Assembly (NCBI RefSeq): GCF_018977255.1
Contig: NW_024704742.1
Location: forward strand, 21,640,001 to 21,704,000
DNA length: 64,000 bases
Direction of reading: 5' to 3'
Source: Callorhinchus milii
Lineage: Eukaryota
The notes under the pieces are model-generated. The model was not told where the DNA came from and did not search any database. It saw only the letters and a list, made by a program, of their open reading frames with translations. The position numbers were made by a program, and so were the translations under genes. Of the stretch, positions 1 to 11,466 are shown piece after piece (within the stretch, counting starts at the first letter, position 1; every line of letters starts with the position of its first letter).

Positions 1-167
1 GTGATGCAAAATGCCATCTTATACGATGAGTTATCCAATCAATTTTACATTGTAAGTACTTGCAAGAATTTCTAGAAAGTAACTAGAATGCGAGTGACAA
101 GTAAAGCGGAATCCACTATTAACATTTCAAATGCGAAGCAGCTGGCTGACGAATTAACAACAACACT

Positions 168-362
168 AACAACTTGTACTTATATAGCACCCTCCACGCA
201 GGGAAGCATCTCAGAGCACTTAACAGTCACAGAGTCTGACTCCGAGCCGGGGGTGGTGGAGAGGAATCCGAAGCACGGTCGAAAAGGAAAGTTTTCACGC
301 GGAGCTTGTAAAAGGGGAGAGAGGGACAAGGCGAAGGGACTGAGGGAAAGTGTTTCAGAGTT
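168..362 (-). mobile_element. L2-clade LINE 3' end fragment
   Basis: Reverse of the L2 tail (acaacttgtacttatatagcac...) similar to the better-preserved copy at 33172-33556. Confidence 0.6.
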
Positions 363-1354
363 AAGCCAGCTTCTTGTTACTTACTGTAATTTAAAATGTT
401 ATAAAGTACTTCTAACTATGTCATTAGTTTGCTCATCAATGAATATAGTACCCAACATCCTCAACTCACTCCATTGGATCACTGTAACATGATATTTCTA
501 ATTATGTAATACATTTAATTAAAAAAACACCCTTTTGAATATTTTATGGCATCCACTACAATAAACTCCTAATGAAACTTCTCCAGAGGAGGAAAAAAAT
601 GAAACAGGACAAGTGAAGGTCAAATTACCAATGGTGTTTGTCTCATTCAGTGCTGAAGATGTCATTTGGAGTCATTCCCATTGAAGTCCCTGTGGTCTAG
701 TTCTGAGAAGGTGCCAGATTGCATCATGATTGCAGTTGTTCAGCTGTAACAAGTGGCCTATCAATGACTGAGCATTGTGAGTTTTGTGAAAGGAAATAAA
801 AAGTACAGTGGAATCTGTAGCGCAGATTTTTCCGTCCTGTACTGGGTGGGGATATTGTGTACAATATTTATATTTATATTGCTGAGCAAACTGGACTAAA
901 TTGCACAAATGTTGAACATTTTTTATTCACTTTTCTAACATAGATTGTTCCAATAAAAATGTTGAAAATCTGTTTTTTCAATGTGCTGTGCATCTGCCAA
1001 AACAACATGCTAAACTGTCCTGTTATTTTTATATAGCTTTAATGCAAATGCTGCCTTCTCATTTTCCATTTAGGAACACACGTAGGCTAGAATAAACCTG
1101 CAATTTATATATTCTAGCATCAATCATCCATTGTTTTTAATTATAAACACAGTCATGCTCCACTCACCTGAATAATTTACTCCAGCAGTCTTCTTGTTAA
1201 AGCAATCCATCCATTCAAGCACTACAGCACTGTAAGAATATCACATTTCATCAGATTAAATATATTGTGCATATTATGTAAAATAACAAACTGCTAAAAT
1301 GGATTACTGGGTGTATGGATTCTGCAATTATTGTGAAGTTTGTATAGAATCTCC

Positions 1355-1714
1355 TTCCCAAGTCGGGACTTAAGCTTGTAGTCCAGGCTGACACTCCAGT
1401 GCAGTGCTGGGTGCACCCTGCCTTGTTGGATGACACATTAAACCGAGGACCCATCTTCTGTTCAGGTGGACGTTAAAGATCCCGTGGCGCTATTTGAAAA
1501 GTGGAGGGAGTTTCTCCCAATGACCTGGCCAGCAATCCCTAGACAAAATGTTGCCATTCACTTCATAGCCGTTTGTGGGATGTTGTGGTGCAAATTCGGT
1601 GCCAGATTTTCCCACAAATACACAGTGACTACACTTACAATAGCTACTGTGAAGCACTTTTGAGACCTTTCAAAACATGATAAGGCACTACATCAAAATG
1701 CAAGCATTATTATT
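1355..1714 (+). mobile_element. Deu-domain SINE (SacSINE1-like)
   Basis: ttaaaccgagg...aaagatcccgtggcgctatttgaaaa...gtttgtggga; tail atgcaagcattattattat. Confidence 0.8.
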
Positions 1715-1954
1715 ATGACAACTAATGCCTCTGCAATGCGTTCTTACCACCAATTATATTAAAGAGAACGTAATACCACTGCCCCACGCCCCAATCCAAG
1801 CAAACTTTTATTTTCTATTTTTATTGGGAAAGACCAAAGTCCATTCCACTTGGCATTACTACGGTTGAAAGCAGTAGAAAGATCAAGATAATCAAGCAAT
1901 GATGCCAAGCTGGAGCTATAAAGAACATTCTTCTCTAGTACTGCAATCCAGAAC

Positions 1955-2232
1955 AAAAGGGCATATTCTTAAAATGACAGCTAAAGCAATCAAGAGTGAA
2001 ATCAGAAAGATTAACACAGCGTTCTAAGAAATGTGGAATTCACTATCCCAAAAGATTGTAAATGTCGGGTTGATTGAAATATTTTAGGGGGACATAGATG
2101 ATTGTATGACAGGCAGAGAATCAGGAGAAATAGTGAACGTGCAGAGAAATAGTATTAAGGTGAAGATCAGCCATAATCTGGTAAAATGGTGGAACAGGCT
2201 TGACGGGCTGAATGGTCTACTCTTGTTCCCGT
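1955..2232 (+). mobile_element. CR1-clade LINE 3' end
   Basis: gatcagccataatctgg...aacaggcttgacgggctgaatggtctactcttgttcc, typical of the chondrichthyan CR1 3' UTR. Confidence 0.7.
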
Positions 2233-2606
2233 TTTATCTTCACATAATATCTTTGTTAAGCGCTCCAAGATGCTACCCATGTGAAGGGTATTATATAATG
2301 CAAGTTGTTGTTGTTGTCTCATGTTAATTGTTCATGGTGTGGAAGACTGCAGGAGGATAGGAGGTCCTGGGGGAAAAAGAGTTTGGATAAGAGACTGGGT
2401 AGTGAAGTTGCATTTTGACAGAGTGAAGAAGAGGAGGAAAATAATGTATTAAGATTTTGAGAGCAAAAGGGACAAACATCCAAACAAGCAATAACTATAT
2501 TAATACTGCAACAACAACAACAAGATTACATTTTTATAGCGCCTTTCACGTCGGGAGGAAGTCCCAAGGCGCTGGAATGAAAATCAAGATAGACAAGAAA
2601 GATTGC

Positions 2607-2965
2607 AATAATAATCCTTGCATTTGATATGATGCCTTATCACGTCAGAAGGACGTCTCAAAGAGCTTCACAGCTTCACAGGATTTATTGTGAAATGGAG
2701 TGACTGAGTATTTGTAGGCAGCACAATTGCGCACATCAGTGTCCCACAAACAGCTATGAAACAAGTGACCGATTTTATTTGGGGGATTGTTGGCCAGGGC
2801 ATTGGGAGAAACTCCTTTCTCTTTTTAAGTAGTGCCATGGGATCTTGAACAAACTCCTGAACAGGCAGACAGGACCTTAGGTTCACGTCTCATCCGAAGG
2901 ATAGCATCTCCAACAACACACCTCCAGTACTGCATTGGAGTGTCAGTTTAGAGAATGTGATTCCA
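2607..2965 (-). mobile_element. Deu-domain SINE
   Basis: Reverse complement of the family at 5432-5862. Confidence 0.8.
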
Positions 2966-2984
2966 AGTGGGCTGGTGTCTGCGC

Positions 2985-3203
2985 CTTCAGATAGTATACT
3001 CCCACAGTCTGGAACTGTCACGTTCCCTTCTCTCCCTGCTTTCAAAACCCTTTTAAAAGTTTAGTTCTTTTACCATGCCTTGGGTCAACACCCATAAATT
3101 CTCCTTTCTCTCCTCATTGTTGTCTCCCTATTGTCTCTGTGAAGTGCTTTGAGACATTCATCCTGCGGGAACGGTGCTATGTAGTTAAACGTTGCTGTTG
3201 TTC
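2985..3203 (+). mobile_element. L2 3' end fragment
   Basis: gccttcag...tctggaact...ttcaaaacccttt...gtgaagtgctttgagac...gttgctgttg. Confidence 0.55.
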
Positions 3204-3319
3204 AACCAATAAATTAACAAATCACAGACTACAGAAGGGACCAAAAAAGTATTTTCTATTCCCAAAACTCTGCATTATTGTAAACTCAGTGATATTTCTG
3301 CAACTCAACAATTACTTCC

Positions 3320-3542
3320 TTCTCTTTGTAGTCATGTGATCTTTAACATCCACCTGAACAAGCTTACAAGACCTTAGTTTAACATCTCATCTCAACGGCC
3401 CATCTCTGACAATGCAGCACTTGCCCAGCACTGCGCTGAAAGGTCAATTTAGACCATGAGCTCAAAGTCCCTTATGTAGGACTTGAATTCACAAGCTTCC
3501 AACCCTGGAGCGAAAGTGCTTCCAACTGAGCCAAGATGACAA
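3320..3542 (-). mobile_element. Deu-domain SINE, 5' half
   Basis: gatctttaacatccacctgaac...ccaactgagccaag (reversed tRNA-like head). Confidence 0.7.
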
Positions 3543-5431
3543 TTGACTAAGGACAATATTACTCATTTATATCAGTTAGCCAAAAATGGTAAGCAGGAAT
3601 GATAATCTCAGTCGAAGGCAAAACAACAGCAAATCACTGGTGGAGATATTCTATAACTAAGGGCAGAGTGTGGTCGTAAGGGCCGAGATATCCAGAATAC
3701 CAGCAGATAAGCATTAATGTGAGCTTGGCATTTACACTTATAGGATATTACAAAACTTATTTTTTATTGATACAGTACTGCTCGGGTCATTGCTCTGCTG
3801 AGCTTTTCTCTGAACATTCCTCTCTGACTCCTCCCAGGCTCTAAACATGCGGTCTGACACATTCTTCTCTATGTTGAAATAAAAACTTGTTGCACTGTTT
3901 CTTACTCTAAATCATTCCTTCCCAGAATTTCAAGACTATTTCAAGACTATTACCTCCCTGCTACAAAATCTTGGGTTGTATAGCCAAAGCTGGGCATTGT
4001 TTAATCACTACTTTGTTGCTTGTCACTTTTTCTCTGCTGTTGTGTTCAATCTCAGTTCAATCTGTTATAATAATAATATTTATAATAATAATCCTCGCGT
4101 TTGATACAGTGCCTTATCACGTCGTTGAAACGTCTCAAAGCGCTTCACAGAATATACTGTAGACAACAGTAACAACAAATTGCATTTATAAAGCGCCTTT
4201 CACATCCGGAAGTTGCTGGACAAGTGGAGGGTTTGCACAAAGATTTGTCAAAGGGGTTGAAAATGTCACATTCACAAACTGGATATCGTGGACAGCATTT
4301 TGCTTCTGATCTGCTTCTCAGATGAGAAAAGATCCAAAATATTTACCAAAAGGTCAGAAAGCAAAAGTTCGGTTGTAAGATGGGCTTTGCTGGGACTGGA
4401 AGTTACAAATTTTAAATTTGCTAATTGAATTTGTTGACGAATGCTGCATTTTAAACCCCAATTTATATTTCATGTGTGTACGTGTGTTGTTTGGTGGCTG
4501 AGATGTCTCACATTACCTTGTTCTATAACTGAAACCAAAAGGAATAGAATTGAGCCTTGGAGAACCGTCTTGCAAGTACAGCTCATGTTCAATGTCAGCA
4601 TGTACTGGACTGTTTTATAAATGACTTTACTCTGAAAACTAGCCACAATTGGTTCTACTTTAAGCTTGGAGCCAATTTATTTTAAAAGGGGGGAAAGTAT
4701 TCACTTATTTTCCGCAGACTATTGGCCAAGACATGTAACATCACTCAAAGGAGATGATTAGCAGGAAATAGTGATAAGTATTTTGTACAATGTGTGTGGC
4801 CTGCAGGTCTGCGTGATAACATCAAGTCTGATACCACTTTCTCACAGAACTGTTTTCAACTGTCACCAGCTGCACCACGTGACTGCATTTCGAACCTCTG
4901 TCACCGTGCACCGTAGTCAAGTTCTGCTTTTATAAAAGGAGGAAATTTACAATTAAAATGCAAAATAACAGAGACGCTTCAATAAACATGTGAAAATGTT
5001 ACATAAAATAGCCGCGACATCATGAAATGCTCAGCCTCTAAAACATCCACAGAAACAACAACAACTTGCATTTATGCAGCCCTCACGCAGGGTAGCGCCC
5101 CAGAGCGTTGACAAAACATCCAAGAAAAGGCCAATGTGTGTCAGCTTGGCTGACTTGGGTAACCCTCTTGCCTCTGAGCCAAAAGGTTGTGGATCGTATA
5201 AGTTGATGCTCCAGTGCAGTACTGGGGGTGTAATGCATTGTCAAATGTGCCATCCTTCTGAATGGAAACTATGATGTCTTAAACTCCAGCAGTGGCCTGG
5301 GAGTCCCCAGCCTTGGTTCTTGGAAATCCATAGATAACACACATACATTATGGAAGTCGGTTCACTTGATGTGTTTGGGTTGCATCACTTCCGTGTGGTA
5401 TCCCCTATTTATTAATAATAAACCTTGCATT

Positions 5432-5862
5432 TGTCAACCTGGCTCAGCCACTCTCACCTCTGAGTGAGGAGGTTGTGGGCTCAAGCCCCAAATTGGGATT
5501 TGGAATCACATAATCTAAGATGACACTCCAATGCAGTGCTGGGGCTGTTGCATTGTCGGAGGTGCTGTTCTTCGGATCAGATGTTAAACCTTCCTCTTCT
5601 TTAGGTGGACGTTGAAGATCCCATGGCACTATTCGAAAAGGGAATGGCGTTTCTTCCAGTGTTCTGGCCAACAATCTCCCAAAATTAAATTGGTCACTCA
5701 TTCCATGGCTGTTTGTGAGACATTTCTGTGTGCAATTGTGCTGCTGCGATTGCCTGCAAATACACAGTCACTCCACTTCGCAGTAAAATCCTGTGATGTG
5801 CTTTGAGATATTTTTCTGACTTGATAAGGTGCTGTACCAAATGCAGGATTATTATTTATTAT
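5432..5862 (+). mobile_element. Near full-length Deu-domain SINE
   Basis: Head gtcaacctggctcag...ggttgtgggctcaag, central gatcccatggcactattcgaaaag, tail atgcaggattattattt. Confidence 0.85.
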
Positions 5863-6610
5863 AAATGACTGCTCCCATTCATTTAATAAAATTAAGAACT
5901 TCAAAGGACGTTATAATATGTTATTATTGCACTTGTGAAAGGGGTGTGTATAACTCCTTCCCTTCCCTCCCTAGTTTGGATCCCATTTTTGCATCCCTTT
6001 ATAATCGGAAAAGCTGATCTTGGCAGCACAATTCATAAATTAACAACATAAAGAGTTTGATATCATTTGTGACTTTCATCTCCGGGAAATATTCTTTATG
6101 TTTCATGGGACTAACTTTGTTGAGAACAGATGGTCAGTGTGTGTGTGTGCGTGTGTGAGGAGGGCGTGGGACTGGACGGAGTTGGGAACAAAAAAGCGCA
6201 TTTCACGCTGGCATCCACAGAATATCCACACTTCAATTATAGTTTGTTTTTTAAAGGAAATAATTGGTATAATTACCCCCTACTCCTGTTAAAAGTGTTG
6301 ATCACTTGCTTAACATTCAGTACAAACAGATTACAGGAATAGGTTCTCTCCCTGGGATAAATAGATAACAGCTTGCATATACATATATATGATTGAGCTG
6401 CATAACATTATAATAATAATGACTAATTATAATAATTAATAATAATAATTTGATCACTCAATCCACGACTGTTTGTGGGATACTGCTGTGTGCAACTGGC
6501 TGCCACATTTCGCTCACAAACACAGTCAATCCACTTCACAGTATATTCTGTGAAGCACTCTGAGACGTCTCGAAGACGTGATAAGGCGCTATATAATAAT
6601 CAATCTTATA

Positions 6611-6914
6611 TCATCCTTGCATTTGATACAGCACTTTTCACATCTTCTCGACCTCTCAAAGTGCTTCACAGAATAGACTGTAAAGTGAATTGACTGTATA
6701 TTTGTGGGCGAACGCGGCAGCCAATTGCGCACAGCAGTGTCCCACAAACAGACGTGGATTGAAAATGACCAATTTATTATTGGTTTGTTTTGGAGAGATT
6801 ATTATTAGACGTGTGGAATTAACGAAACTTGCCCATGGTTTCGCCCTGCCTGGAATTGAACTCAGGTGTCTCGCTTGCAAGGCGAGTGCTCTGACCGCTG
6901 AGCTACAGGACTCC
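6611..6914 (-). mobile_element. tRNA-Ala-headed CORE-like SINE with Deu-like 3' part
   Basis: Reverse complement of the 48203-48530 type. Confidence 0.85.
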
Positions 6915-7264
6915 TGTCAGATGCAATATCAGATGCAAGGATTATTATTATTTATTATTTACCCCACTGTGACCATCCATAACTCCAGTTACCAAATCAG
7001 TGCGCTTAGAGGGATATAAATCGCTGCCCAGGGCACCTCCTCATTAGTTTCTATTTCTGCTGCACAGTTGTAAGGATGCCACACGACATCGATCCGCAAT
7101 CCCGAGGCTCATTCAATCAGAAATGATTAAAACGCCGACACACGCAGTAAGATCGCTTTACGATCCTGCAACCTTTCCTTTCCATCATGACCTGCCTCCA
7201 GTCTAACCGACTGAGACTGAGCGTGAGTTTTATCGCGTGAACCAGACCCGAGTGGCGAGAAGGG

Positions 7265-7705
7265 ACACACAGACAGACACACACACACAGACAGACAGAG
7301 CTACACACACACACACAGACACACACCCACAGACAGACAGAGCTATACACACACCTACACACACACACAGAGCTACACTCACACACACACCTACACACAG
7401 ACACACACACACAGACAGAGCTACACACAGACACACACACACACACACACAGACAGAGCTATACACATACCTATACACAGACACACACAGAGCTCCACAC
7501 ACACACACATAGACAGACAGAGCTACACACACACCTACACACAGACACACACACACACACACACACAGAGCTACACACACACACACAGACAGGGCTACAC
7601 ACACACCTACACTCAGACACACACACACACAGAGCTACACACACACACAGACAAAGTTACACACACACACACATACACGGAGCTACACACACACACACAC
7701 ACAGA
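7265..7705. repeat. Compound (CA)n minisatellite punctuated by ACAGACAGAGCT
   Basis: Repeated acacacacagacagagctacac units. Confidence 0.95.
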
Positions 7706-8011
7706 CAATGTTGGGAGCTCTGGGGAAACTAACTCCCTCTGAGCTCTCGGAAATCTTGGAAGATCGTCCACCCCCCCAACACCCCCCCCCCCCCCCCCCA
7801 CACCCCCCCCCCCCACACACACACACACACACACCACAGCAATCGCTTCATATCCGAACGAAGCTATAATCCAAGCTTTAAAAACAACAACGAGGGAAAG
7901 CAGGAAGACTTAGTACGTGTTGTGACACTATGAAACGACTGGACAATATGACTGATTTTATTTGGAAAGGGAAAATCTTGAGACAGGAGAATTGCAAACA
8001 CACACACACAC

Positions 8012-8050
<39 letters not shown>

Positions 8051-8220
8051 TAATATTACAAAATTCCACTTTTTAAACATATGTGCCCTATGCAAGAATT
8101 TCCCTCTTTTATAAACGTGGGGCTACTTTTTTGCAGAGGGACACACTCACACGCAGGTTTTGCAGAGGGCTCGTTCTTCACACACCAACACTTAGAGGGA
8201 GGGAGGGAGGGAGGGAGAAG

Positions 8221-9337
8221 AGTGGTGTGTTTGTGGGTGTGTGTGTTTGTGGGTGTGGGTGTTTGTGGGTGTGGGTGTGTGTTTTTGGGGGTGTGTGTGT
8301 GTGTTTGTGGGTGTGTGTGTGTTTGGGGGTGTGTGTGTGTGTTTGGGGGTGTGAGTGTGGGTGTTTGTGAGTGTGGGTGTTTGTGGGTGTGTTTGGGGGT
8401 GTTTGTGGGTGTGTGTGTGTGTTTTTGGGTGTGTGTGTGTGTTTGTGGGTGTGTGTGTGTTTGGGTGTGTGTGTGTGTGTTTGGGTGTGTGTTTGGGGTG
8501 TGTGTGTTTGTGGGTGTGTGTGTGTTTGGGTGTGTGTGTGTGTGTTTGGGTGTGTGTGTGTGTTTGGGGTGTGTGTGTTTGGGGGGGGGGTGTGTTTGGG
8601 GTGTGTGTGTTTGTGTTTGGGGGGGGTGTGTTTGGGGGGGTGTTTGTGTGTGTGTGTGTTTGGGGTGTGTGTGTGTGTGTTTGGGGGTGTGTGTGTGTGT
8701 GTTTGGGGGGTGTGTGTGTGTGTGTTTGGGGGTGTGTGTGTGTGTGTTTGGGGTGTGGGTGTGTTTGGGGGTGTGAGTGTGGGTGTTTGTGAGTGTGGGT
8801 GTTTGTGGGTGTGTGTGTTTGTGGGTGTGGGTGTGGGTGTTTGTGGGTGTGTGTGTGTGGGTTTGGGTGTGTGCGTGTGTGTTTGTGGGTGTGTTTGGGG
8901 GTGTTTGTGGGTGTGTGTGTGTGTTTTTGGGTGTGTGTGTGTGTTTGTGGGTGTGTGTGTGTTTGGGTGTGTGTGTGTGTGTTTGGGTGTGTGTGTGTGT
9001 TTGGAGGGGGGTGTGTTTGGGGTGTGTGTGTTTGTGTTTGGGGGGGGGTGTGTTTGGGGGGGTGTTTGTGTGTGTGTGTGTTTGGGGGTGTGTGTGTGTG
9101 TGTTTGTGGGGGTGTGGGTGTGTTTGGGGTGTGTGTGTTTGTGTTTGGGGGGGTGTGTTTGGGGGGGGGGTGTTTGTGTGTGTGTTTGGGTGTGTGTGTG
9201 TGTGTTTGGGGTGTGTGTGTGTGTTTGGGGGGTGTGTGTGTTTGTGGGTGTGTGTGTGTTTGGGTGTGTGTGTGTGTGTGTTTGGGGGGGGTGTGGGTGT
9301 GTTTGTGTGTGTTTGTGGGTGTGTTGGGGGGTGTGTG
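8221..9337. repeat. G/T-only compound minisatellite (GTGTGTTTGGG-like)
   Basis: ~1.1 kb almost exclusively G and T on the + strand, with G3-G9 runs. Confidence 0.95.
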
Positions 9338-9570
9338 CTCTCCCTGTCTCTGTGGGAGATGACGCTATGGGGCGCGAGTTCCCGCGATTGCAAAAAAAAC
9401 ACATACACACACACACACATATGTGGAGAGAGAGAGAGAGAGAGAGTAAAAGAACAAGAGATCGCCACACACCCACCACCCACCACCCACTGCTCACATC
9501 CATCCGAAGCAAACGTTACATCTCTCCCTCTCCGCTAGTGTTCGTGCTGCAGCAAACCACCGACACCGCA

Positions 9571-10480
9571 CAGCCACTGCCTCTCAGCACTGCCTCTCAG
9601 CCACTGACTCTCAGCCCAGCTACTGCCTCTCAGCCTCTGACTCTCAGCCCAGCCACTGCCTCTCAGCCCAGCTACTGCCTCTCAGCCACTGACTCTCAGC
9701 CCAGCTACTGCCTCTCAGCCTCTGACTCTCAGCCCAGCTACTGCCTCTCAGCCACTGACTCTCAGCCCAGCTACTGCCTCTCAGCCACTGACTCTCAGCC
9801 CAGCTACTGCCTCTCAGCCACTGACTCTCAGCCCAGCTACTGCCTCTCAGCCACTGACTCTCAGCCCAGCTACTGCCTCTCAGCCTCTGACTCTCAGCCA
9901 CTGACTCTCAGCCACTGCCTCTCAGCCACTGCCTCTCAGCCCAGCTACTGCCTCTCAGCCACTGACTCTCAGCCCAGCTACTGCCTCTCAGCCTCTGACT
10001 CTCAGCCCAGCTACTGCCTCTCAGCCACTGACTCTCAGCCCAGCTACTGCCTCTCAGCCACTGACTCTCAGCCCAGCTACTGCCTCTCAGCCACTGCCTC
10101 TCAGCCACTGACTCTCAGCCTCTGACTCTCAGCCCAGCTACTGCCTCTCAGCCCAGCCACTGCCTCTCAGCCCAGCTACTGCCTCTCAGCCCAGCCACTG
10201 CTTCTCAGCCACTGACTCTCAGCCCAACTACTGCCTCTCAGCCCAGCCACTGCCTCTCAGCCACTGACTCTCAGCCCAGCTACTGCCTCTCAGCCCAGCT
10301 ACTGCCTCTCAGCTCAGCCACTGCGTCTCAGCCACTGACTCTCAGCCCAGCTACTGCCTCTCAGCCCAGCTACTGCCTCTCAGCTCAACCACTGTCTCTC
10401 AGCCACTGACTCTCAGCCCAGCTCAGCCCAGCCACTGCCTGTCAGCCCAGGCACTGCCTCTCAGCCACTGCCTCTCAGCC
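9571..10480. repeat. 33-bp minisatellite built from 14-bp and 19-bp subunits
   Basis: Unit ctctcagccactga + ctctcagcccagctactgc; translates as repeated SATDSQPSYCL. Confidence 0.95.
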
Positions 10481-10538
10481 GATTGATTCCATATCGATAT
10501 CTACACAGCAATAACAGATTGCACACTAACTTGTTAAA

Positions 10539-10589
10539 ATATATATATTATTATATATATATATTATTATTATATATATATATATATAT
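10539..10589. repeat. (AT)n/(TAT)n microsatellite
   Basis: atatatattattatatatat... Confidence 0.9.
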
Positions 10590-10678
10590 CAATCATTTGT
10601 AGGGATTCTCTCCCGCTTCTTTTTCTTGGAAAACAAAAATAAGATTGTGAGTTTTTTTTAAAAAAGTCAAACAGGAGT

Positions 10679-11123
10679 GACCCCCCCCCACCCCCCCCAG
10701 CTCTCCCCCACCCCCAGCACACCCCCAGCACCCTCTCCCCACCCACCCTCTCCCACCCCTCAGCACCCCCACCACAGCTCTCCCCCACCCCCAGCACCCC
10801 ACCAGCACCCACTCCCCAGCCACCAGCACCCCCACCCACCAGCACCCCCCACCCACCAGCACCTCCCACCCACCAGCACCCCCACCCACCAGCACCCCCC
10901 ACCCACCAGCACCCCCCACCCACCAGCACCCCCCACCCACCAGCACCTCCCACCCACCAGCACCTCCCACCCACCAGCACCCAATCCCCACCCACCAGCA
11001 CCCTATCCCCACCCACCAGCACCCAATCCCCACCCACCAGCACCCTCCAGCCACCAGCACCCTCCAGCACCCCCCACCCACCAGCACCCCCCCCCCCCCC
11101 CCCCCTCCCCCTCCCCACCCCCC
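10679..11123. repeat. C-rich minisatellite (cccacccaccagcac-type units)
   Basis: Repeated cacccaccagcacc units; G-rich minus strand. Confidence 0.95.
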
Positions 11124-11185
11124 TACAGGACCAGATTACGCGTCGACATATTCCCCACACAGACAGCAGTGCCGGGAGGGGGAGG

Positions 11186-11455
11186 ATGAAGATGCCGGTG
11201 TCCCTGGTGCTGGTGCTGGTGCTGGCGGTGGTCGCCCACTTTCTCGCCCCGAGTGAAGCCAAGTGGCGGGAGAGGGGCGGTAGGGAGCGGCCCTCCGCCG
11301 GGAGGTGCCGGGATGGCAGCGCCCCGCGCCGCCTGAGGAAGAGGGACAGAAGGCTGTCGGCACCGGACGCCCCCGGCGCTGCCTGTCACCAGCTCTACAG
11401 CCGCCTGTCCTGCTGCCCCCGGGCCAGGCACTCCCAGCAGCTCCCCCAGCCCGAG
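11186..11455 (+). CDS. HHIP: HHIP coding exon 1 (signal peptide and start of the cysteine-rich N-terminal domain)
   Basis: ATG at 11186; MKMPVSLVLVLVLAVVAHFLAPSEAK...CRDGSAPRRLRKRDRR...CHQLYSRLSCCPR...QPE resembles human HHIP (GDAKFGER..CLNGNPPKRLKRRDRR..CGGFYPRLSCC); donor GAG|GTAAG; 270 nt, phase 0. Confidence 0.9.
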
Positions 11456-11466
11456 GTAAGGGGGGG

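Noticed and set aside
88..492. 134-aa ORF
   Set aside because: Runs antisense through an L2 3' fragment; no recognisable domain
8056..10125. Long ORFs of 444-584 aa on both strands
   Set aside because: They are translations of GT/CA and 33-bp tandem repeats that lack stops by composition; no protein features
9571..10480. CRISPR-like array of ~33-bp repeats
   Set aside because: Head-to-tail tandem units with no unique spacers, no cas genes, eukaryotic context
7000..11185. Ortholog of the human divergent lncRNA HHIP-AS1
   Set aside because: No sequence evidence can be read directly; needs stranded RNA-seq
10570..11431. Antisense Gly/Trp-rich ORFs over exon 1
   Set aside because: By-products of the C-rich minisatellite and the GC-rich exon
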